DNA of 32,000 nt from Kineococcus radiotolerans SRS30216 = ATCC BAA-149 (GTDB taxonomy: Bacteria > Actinomycetota > Actinomycetes > Actinomycetales > Kineococcaceae): assembly GCF_000017305.1 (NCBI RefSeq), contig NC_009664.2:3780001-3812000 (forward strand), in the 5' to 3' direction. This document shows, one piece after another, positions 28,301-32,000 of this stretch. Each line of letters begins with the position of its first letter. Within the stretch, counting starts at the first letter, position 1. The translations under genes and the position numbers were made by a program. Below the pieces are notes generated by a model, which saw only the letters and a program-made list of their open reading frames with translations, ran no database searches and was not told where the DNA came from.

Positions 28301-28904
28301 GCTCGGCCTCTACGTCTCCGACCACCCGCTGTTCGGGTTGGAGCGGCTGTTGGCCAACGCCTCCGACGTGCCGATCGCGACGCTGCTGGAGGACGAGTCC
28401 CGTCCCGACGGCTCGAACATCACCATCGCGGGGATGATCACCGGGCTGCAGCGCAAGACGACCAAGCAGGGCAACTACTGGGCGATCGTCACCGTCGAGG
28501 ACCTCGCGGGGGCCATCGAGTGCCTGTTCTTCCCCCAGGCCTACGCCGACGTGGCGCAGCTGCTGGCCGAGGACCTCGTCGTCGTCGTCAAGGGCCGGCT
28601 CAACCGGCGCGACGAGGTGCCGACGATCTACGCCTCCGGCCTCACCGTGCCGGACATCTCCAGCACCGACGGGGTGCCCGTCACGGTCACGCTGCCGACG
28701 GCGCGCTGCACGACGCAGGTCGTGGAGAAGCTGAAGTCCGTCCTCGAGACCCACGCCGGCTCCACCGAGGTCCGGCTGCGGCTGACGAGGAACGGCGGCG
28801 GCAGCGGGACGCTGATGCGCCTGGACGACTCGCTGCGCGTCACCCCCAGCCCGGCCCTGTTCGGCGACCTGAAGCAGCTGCTCGGCCCCGCGTGCCTGGT
28901 GTGA
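25362..28904 (+). CDS. dnaE: DNA polymerase III alpha subunit DnaE (DnaE1 type)
   Basis: ATG lies 8 nt after AGGAGG, giving 1180 aa. It has the PHP domain HLHVHTEYSMLDG...TDHG, the palm motif GPGRGSGAGS...PDFDVDF, and a C-terminal OB-fold region. There is no intein-sized insertion. Confidence 0.97.
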   Translation: MASADSFAHLHVHTEYSMLDGAAKVDDLFRTAAEMGMPAVATTDHGFVFGAYDFWKTAKKHGVKPIIGVEAYLTPGTARQDKTRVKWGDPNGRSGDDVSGAGSYTHMTMLAQNTAGMHNLFKMSSLASLEGFLYKPRMDRELLSQYSAGLIATTGCPSGEVQTRLRLGQYDEARKAAADYRDIFGAENFFCELMDHGLDIERRVQDDLLKLAKDLDLPLLATNDLHYTHAGDSQAHAALLCVQSGSTLADPKRFKFDADEFYLKSPAEMRHVWRDHPEACDNTLLIAERCEVEFTESTGAYMPRFPCPEGEDEESWFVKEVWSGLAQRYPAGIPDDVRKQADYEIEVITSKGYAGYFLVVADFINWSKENGIRVGPGRGSGAGSMAAYAMKITDLDPLRHGLFFERFLNPERMSMPDFDVDFDERRRGEVIQYVVEKYGTDRVAQIVTYGTIKAKQAVKDSSRVLGFPFSMGDRITKTMPPAVMGKDIPLSGIFDPNHKRYSEAGEFRELYKSDPEVVKVVDTARGLEGLKRQWGVHAAGVIMSSDPLIDLIPIMKREADGAIITQFDYPTCETLGLVKMDFLGLRNLTILDDALKNVVANGKEAVDLDALELDDQATFDLLGRGDTLGVFQFDGGPMRSLLRLMRPDNFEDISAVGALYRPGPMGAGSHTAYARRKNGQEPITPIHPELEEPLKEILGTTYGLIVYQEQVMSIAQKVAGYSLGSADLLRRAMGKKKREVLDAEYVGFEKGMLDNGFSKECVKALWDILVPFSDYAFNKAHSAAYGLVSYWTAYLKANYPAEYMAAVLTSVRDDKDKSALYLNECRRMGIQVLPPDVNESSANFTAVGADIRFGLTAIRNVGANVVDAVVEARAEKGRYESFTDFLTKVPAVVCNKRTIESLIKAGAFDSLGHRRRALVAKHEDAVDAVVDVKRNEAIGQFDLFAGLGGDDDGGAGGFHVEIPDLPEWEKAELLAHERQMLGLYVSDHPLFGLERLLANASDVPIATLLEDESRPDGSNITIAGMITGLQRKTTKQGNYWAIVTVEDLAGAIECLFFPQAYADVAQLLAEDLVVVVKGRLNRRDEVPTIYASGLTVPDISSTDGVPVTVTLPTARCTTQVVEKLKSVLETHAGSTEVRLRLTRNGGGSGTLMRLDDSLRVTPSPALFGDLKQLLGPACLV

Positions 28905-29380
28905 CGGCCGCCCCGGTCCCGGGGCCCGGGCGGACGGACCGGCTGCCGCTGGTCCTGCTCTTCGGCCAGGCCCTGCTGGGCCTGGTCGTGGGGGTCGTGT
29001 GGTGGGCGCTCACCCGCCACCCCCCGACCTGGGTGGTGGGCGAACCGGTCGTCACCTCGCCCGCGGTGTACCCCGTCGCCCGCGACGGGGTCTTCACCGT
29101 GCTCACCGGCCTGCTCGGGGTCCTCGCGGGGCTCGCCGTCGTCCGCGCCCCGGGGCCGAGGCCCCTGCTCCTGCTGGGGGCCGCCCTGGCGGGGGCGGCG
29201 GCCGGTGCGCTGCTGGCCGCGGGGCTGGGCACGTCCCTGCCGCCCACCGACCCCGCCGACAGCGCCCACGTGACGCTGCACGCGTGGGTCGTGCTGCTGG
29301 TCCAGCCGTTCGTCGTCGCCGTCGTCGTCGCGCTCGTGACGCTCACCCGGTCGCTGCTGGAGTGGACGCGCGTGCCCTGA
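28901..29380 (+). CDS. Hypothetical 4-TM membrane protein, translationally coupled to dnaE
   Basis: GTG overlaps the dnaE stop (GTGA 28901-28904). The 159-aa product has four hydrophobic segments: LPLVLLFGQALLGLVVGVVWWAL, VFTVLTGLLGVLAGLAVV, LLLLGAALAGAAAGALLAAGLG, VVLLVQPFVVAVVVALVTL. I recognise no family. Confidence 0.6.
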   Translation: MTAAPVPGPGRTDRLPLVLLFGQALLGLVVGVVWWALTRHPPTWVVGEPVVTSPAVYPVARDGVFTVLTGLLGVLAGLAVVRAPGPRPLLLLGAALAGAAAGALLAAGLGTSLPPTDPADSAHVTLHAWVVLLVQPFVVAVVVALVTLTRSLLEWTRVP

Positions 29381-29458
29381 GCGCGTCGCGGTGGGCCCGA
29401 AGCGGTTGAACGGTCTACTGTGCCGGGGGTTCGGTGTCCCGCGGCGAAGGAGCAGTTG

Positions 29459-30853
29459 GTGTCCGTGCTCGGCGTTCTCGACCGGCAGCGCATCGTCGCT
29501 CCGCCGGGTTTCAACCGGTGGCTGGTGCCACCCGCGGCCCTCGCGGTCCACCTGTGCATCGGGCAGGTGTACGCCACGAGCGTCTACAAGACGGCCCTGG
29601 TCCAGCACTTCGACGTGAGCCAGACCCGGATCGGTCTCGTGTTCTCGATCGCCATCGTCATGCTCGGCCTCTCCGCCGCGGTCTGCGGGACGTGGGTCGA
29701 CCGCAGCGGTCCGCGCAAGGCGATGGCCGCGTCGGCGGCGTGCTGGGTCACCGGGTACCTCGTCGGTGCCCTGGGCATCGCCACCGGGCAGCTGTGGCTG
29801 CTGTACCTCGGGTACGGCGTCATCGGCGGCATCGGCCTGGGGATCGGGTACATCTCGCCCGTCTCCACCCTCATCAAGTGGTTCCCGGACCGTCCCGGCC
29901 TCGCCACCGGCATGGCCATCATGGGTTTCGGGGGCGGCGCGCTCATCGCCAGCCCGCTGTCGACCCGGCTGCTGTCGGCGTACGACCCGGCCTACGACTC
30001 GACGGTCGCCGGCAGCGCACCGGCGGGGTCGGCGGTGGCCCTGCTGTTCCTCACGTTCGCCGTCGTCCACGCGCTGCTGATGTCCTACGGCGCCGCGACG
30101 ATCCGCGTCCCGGCCGAGGGCTGGGCCCCCGCCGGGTTCGACCCGGCCACGGTCAAGCGCCGGAGCATGGTCACCACGGCCAGCGTCTCGGCGCGCAACG
30201 CCATCCGCACCCCGCAGTTCTACCTGCTGTGGATCGTGCTGTTCTGCAACGTGACCGCCGGCATCGGCATCCTCGAGCAGGCCTCCCCGATGATCCAGGA
30301 CTTCTTCCGCGGCGACGACGGGGTCTCCACGGTGACGGTCGCCGCCGCCGGCGGTTTCGTGGGCCTGCTGTCCATGGCCAACATGGCCGGGCGCTTCGTG
30401 TGGTCCTCGACCTCCGACGTCATCGGCCGCAAGCCGATCTACGTGGTGTACCTGGGCGTGGGGCTGGTGACGTACTTCCTCCTGGCCACGTTCGGGCAGG
30501 TGAGCACCGCGCTGTTCGTCCTGTTCGCCGCGATCATCCTCTCCTTCTACGGCGGGGGCTTCGCGACCGTCCCGGCGTACCTGCGCGACCTGTTCGGCAC
30601 GTTCCAGGTGGGCGCGATCCACGGCCGGCTGCTCACCGCCTGGTCGGCCGCGGGCATCGCCGGCCCGCTCATCGTCAACGGGTTCCTGGACGCCCAGGGC
30701 GACCCGGGCAACCTCACGGCCGGCGCCTACCGCCCGGCCCTGCTGACGATGGTCGCCGTCCTGGCCGTCGGCTTCGTCGCCAACCTGCTGGTCCGCCCGG
30801 TGGCGGAGCGGTTCCACGAACCCGCCCGCCCGGCAGAGGGGAGCGCCCGGTGA
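29459..30853 (+). CDS. MFS transporter, oxalate/formate antiporter (OFA)-like family
   Basis: GTG 29459 lies 7 nt after AAGGAG (the track start at 29420 is less likely). It has about 12 TM helices, with segments IGQVYATSVYK, GYGVIGGIGLGIGYISPVSTLIKWFPDRPGLATG and GRFVWSSTSDVIGRK typical of OFA-type MFS proteins. The substrate cannot be inferred. Confidence 0.85.
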   Translation: MSVLGVLDRQRIVAPPGFNRWLVPPAALAVHLCIGQVYATSVYKTALVQHFDVSQTRIGLVFSIAIVMLGLSAAVCGTWVDRSGPRKAMAASAACWVTGYLVGALGIATGQLWLLYLGYGVIGGIGLGIGYISPVSTLIKWFPDRPGLATGMAIMGFGGGALIASPLSTRLLSAYDPAYDSTVAGSAPAGSAVALLFLTFAVVHALLMSYGAATIRVPAEGWAPAGFDPATVKRRSMVTTASVSARNAIRTPQFYLLWIVLFCNVTAGIGILEQASPMIQDFFRGDDGVSTVTVAAAGGFVGLLSMANMAGRFVWSSTSDVIGRKPIYVVYLGVGLVTYFLLATFGQVSTALFVLFAAIILSFYGGGFATVPAYLRDLFGTFQVGAIHGRLLTAWSAAGIAGPLIVNGFLDAQGDPGNLTAGAYRPALLTMVAVLAVGFVANLLVRPVAERFHEPARPAEGSAR

Positions 30854-30984
30854 ACGCGCGCGCAGACGCACCGCGCGGGAACGCGCGCGGACGGCTCGTC
30901 CTGGGGTGGTCCCTGGTGGGGATCCCGCTGGCCTACGGCGTCGTGGAGACGCTGGTGCGGGTGTCGCGGCTGTTCACCGGCTGA
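30850..30984 (+). CDS. 44-aa single-TM micro-protein coupled to the MFS gene (possible MFS small subunit)
   Basis: GTG overlaps the MFS stop (GTGA 30850-30853). The translation is VNARADAPRGNARGRLVLGWSLVGIPLAYGVVETLVRVSRLFTG: a basic N-terminus plus one hydrophobic helix. It is not listed separately in the ORF track because it is buried in a longer shadow ORF. Confidence 0.45.
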   Translation: MNARADAPRGNARGRLVLGWSLVGIPLAYGVVETLVRVSRLFTG

Positions 30985-31474
30985 GCGCGGCGGACCTCGC
31001 CCCCGTGACCTCCACCAGGTCCGCGGGGGCGAGCTCCACCTGCAGCCCGCGCCGGCCCGCGCTGACGAGCACGGTCTCGAACCGGTGCGCCGACGCGTCG
31101 ACGAACGTGGGCAGCGGTGTCCGCTGGGCCAGCGGGCTGATGCCCCCGACGACGTAGCCGCTGCTGCGCTGGGCCCGCGCGGGGTCGGCCATCGCCGCCC
31201 GCTTCCCCCCGGCCGCGGCGGCCAGGGCCTTGAGGTCGAGCATCCCGGCGACGGGCACCACCGCGCACACCAGGCGCCCGTCGACGTCGGCGAGCAGCGT
31301 CTTGAACACCCGCTGGGCGTCGACGTCCAGCCCGGCGGCCCGCAGCGCCCGCACCGCCTCCTCGCCGAACCCGTCGTGGGCGGCGTGGTCGTAGGGGCGC
31401 GGGGTGTGCGCGACGCCGCGCTCGGTCAGCAGCCGCAGCGCCGGGGTCCCGGCGTCGGCGTTGCGGCGGGCCAC
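30974..31474 (-). CDS. ybaK: Cys-tRNA(Pro)/Cys-tRNA(Cys) deacylase YbaK (EbsC family)
   Basis: 166 aa with a GTG start. The N-terminal TPALRLLTERGVAHTPRPYDH parallels E. coli YbaK [21 protein letters not shown]. It also has FKTLL, the GYVVGGISPL motif and VSAGRRG. Confidence 0.88.
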   Translation of the reverse strand: MARRNADAGTPALRLLTERGVAHTPRPYDHAAHDGFGEEAVRALRAAGLDVDAQRVFKTLLADVDGRLVCAVVPVAGMLDLKALAAAAGGKRAAMADPARAQRSSGYVVGGISPLAQRTPLPTFVDASAHRFETVLVSAGRRGLQVELAPADLVEVTGARSAALSR

Positions 31475-31484
31475 CCTCGCCCGC

Positions 31485-32000
31485 TCAGTTGGGGTTGGCG
31501 GGCAGGTCGGGGAGCTCGGTGGCGGGCACGGCCCCGAAGGTCTCGACGAGGGCGATCTCCCGCTTGAGCACGGCCAGCTCCCCCCGCAGCCGGGTCGCGG
31601 TGTCCGGGGCCTCGAGCAGCTCCTGGCGCTGGTCCAGGGTCAGCACCATCGCGGCCGCGACGAGGTAGGACATGACGCGCGGGTCGTCGGGGGCCTCGGC
31701 CCCCCCGATGTCGAGGACGTCGCGGTACTCCTCGAACCGGCGCGCGACCGCCGCGGCCAGCACCTGCAGCCCGCCGTCGGCGTCGTCGTCCTCCTCGTCG
31801 TCCTCCCCGAAGGGCTCGACCAGACCGGTGAGGTAGGGCGTGCCCGCGGCCTCGTCGATGCCGACGACCTTGAACCGGCTCGCCCCGACGGTGACGATCT
31901 CGTAGCCGCCGTCCTCGGTCTCGGTGACCTCCCGCAGCAGCGCCACGCAGCCCACCTCGTGCAGCGCCTGGACGTTGCCCTCGCCGACCTCGTGGCCGGC
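31485..32000 (-). CDS. Lon protease N-terminal (substrate-binding, PUA-like) domain protein; 5' end outside the window
   Basis: The frame is open to the window edge (upstream residues ...AGHEVGEGNVQALHEVGCVALLREV). It has an acidic DDEEDDD loop and a C-terminal helical segment LLEAPDTATRLRGELAVLKRE typical of stand-alone LON-N domain proteins. The stop lies 10 nt upstream of the ybaK start. Confidence 0.8.
   Translation of the reverse strand, partial: AGHEVGEGNVQALHEVGCVALLREVTETEDGGYEIVTVGASRFKVVGIDEAAGTPYLTGLVEPFGEDDEEDDDADGGLQVLAAAVARRFEEYRDVLDIGGAEAPDDPRVMSYLVAAAMVLTLDQRQELLEAPDTATRLRGELAVLKREIALVETFGAVPATELPDLPANPN

Noticed and set aside
5019-28754. Very long antisense or out-of-frame ORFs. 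Minus strand: 5019..7733, 7402..9159, 8724..10601, 8885..11638, 12070..13566, 12596..14629, 14491..15708, 15516..17924, 18387..20105, 20496..22199, 22956..24443, 25215..28754. Plus strand: 4901..7603, 7688..9094, 26960..29380 upstream part, and others
   Set aside because: Each overlaps a motif-supported dcw/dnaE gene almost completely. Their translations are monotonous R/G/P/A/D strings without domains. They are high-GC shadow ORFs, not overlapping genes.
29381-29458. Possible riboswitch or leader upstream of the MFS transporter
   Set aside because: Only 78 nt are available, I could not identify extended pairing or a known motif, and the hexamer candidates (TTGAAC, TACTGT) are too closely spaced to form a promoter. 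The evidence is insufficient.
1-32000. Search for a defence island, mobile element, CRISPR array, toxin-antitoxin pair or other accessory system
   Set aside because: I found no transposase/integrase/recombinase-like translation, no repeat-spacer periodicity, no tRNA or att-like flanks, and no GC-content discontinuity apart from short promoter-sized patches. Gene content and order are the conserved actinobacterial dcw-dnaE neighbourhood, so I do not claim a novel system.

Overview
Very high-GC (roughly 74-75% by eye) actinobacterial chromosome. The window is almost filled by a complete division/cell-wall (dcw) cluster on the + strand: mraZ-rsmH-ftsL-ftsI-murE-murF-mraY-murD-ftsW-murG-murC-ftsQ-ftsZ-pgeF(ylmD)-yggS(ylmE)-sepF-yggT(ylmG)-divIVA. 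It is followed by a TraR/DksA-type zinc-finger gene, lspA, an RluD-type pseudouridine synthase, dnaE, a small 4-TM protein, and an OFA-type MFS transporter with a coupled 44-codon ORF. At the left end a divergent minus-strand MoxR / DUF58 / (transglutaminase-like) membrane-protein operon runs off the window. At the right end ybaK and a Lon N-terminal-domain gene lie on the minus strand. I saw no tRNA/rRNA, CRISPR array, transposase/integrase or defence-type gene. This is core housekeeping DNA, and I do not find convincing evidence for a new multi-gene system. The points most worth a second look fall into two groups. Non-coding: a GTGGAG direct-repeat array phased at 10 bp over a candidate dcw promoter (likely MraZ operator); a C-tract/G4-type, palindrome-rich 450-bp divergent spacer; structured mraZ-rsmH and ftsQ-ftsZ spacers. 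Poorly characterised small genes: the DksA-like protein with an intact acidic-tip-like motif, a 4-TM ORF translationally coupled to dnaE, and a 44-aa ORF coupled to the MFS gene that overlaps ybaK convergently. Most long ORFs in the supplied track that are antisense to or out of frame with these genes are high-GC shadow ORFs. All family assignments rest on motifs I recognise by eye plus synteny; no searches were run.
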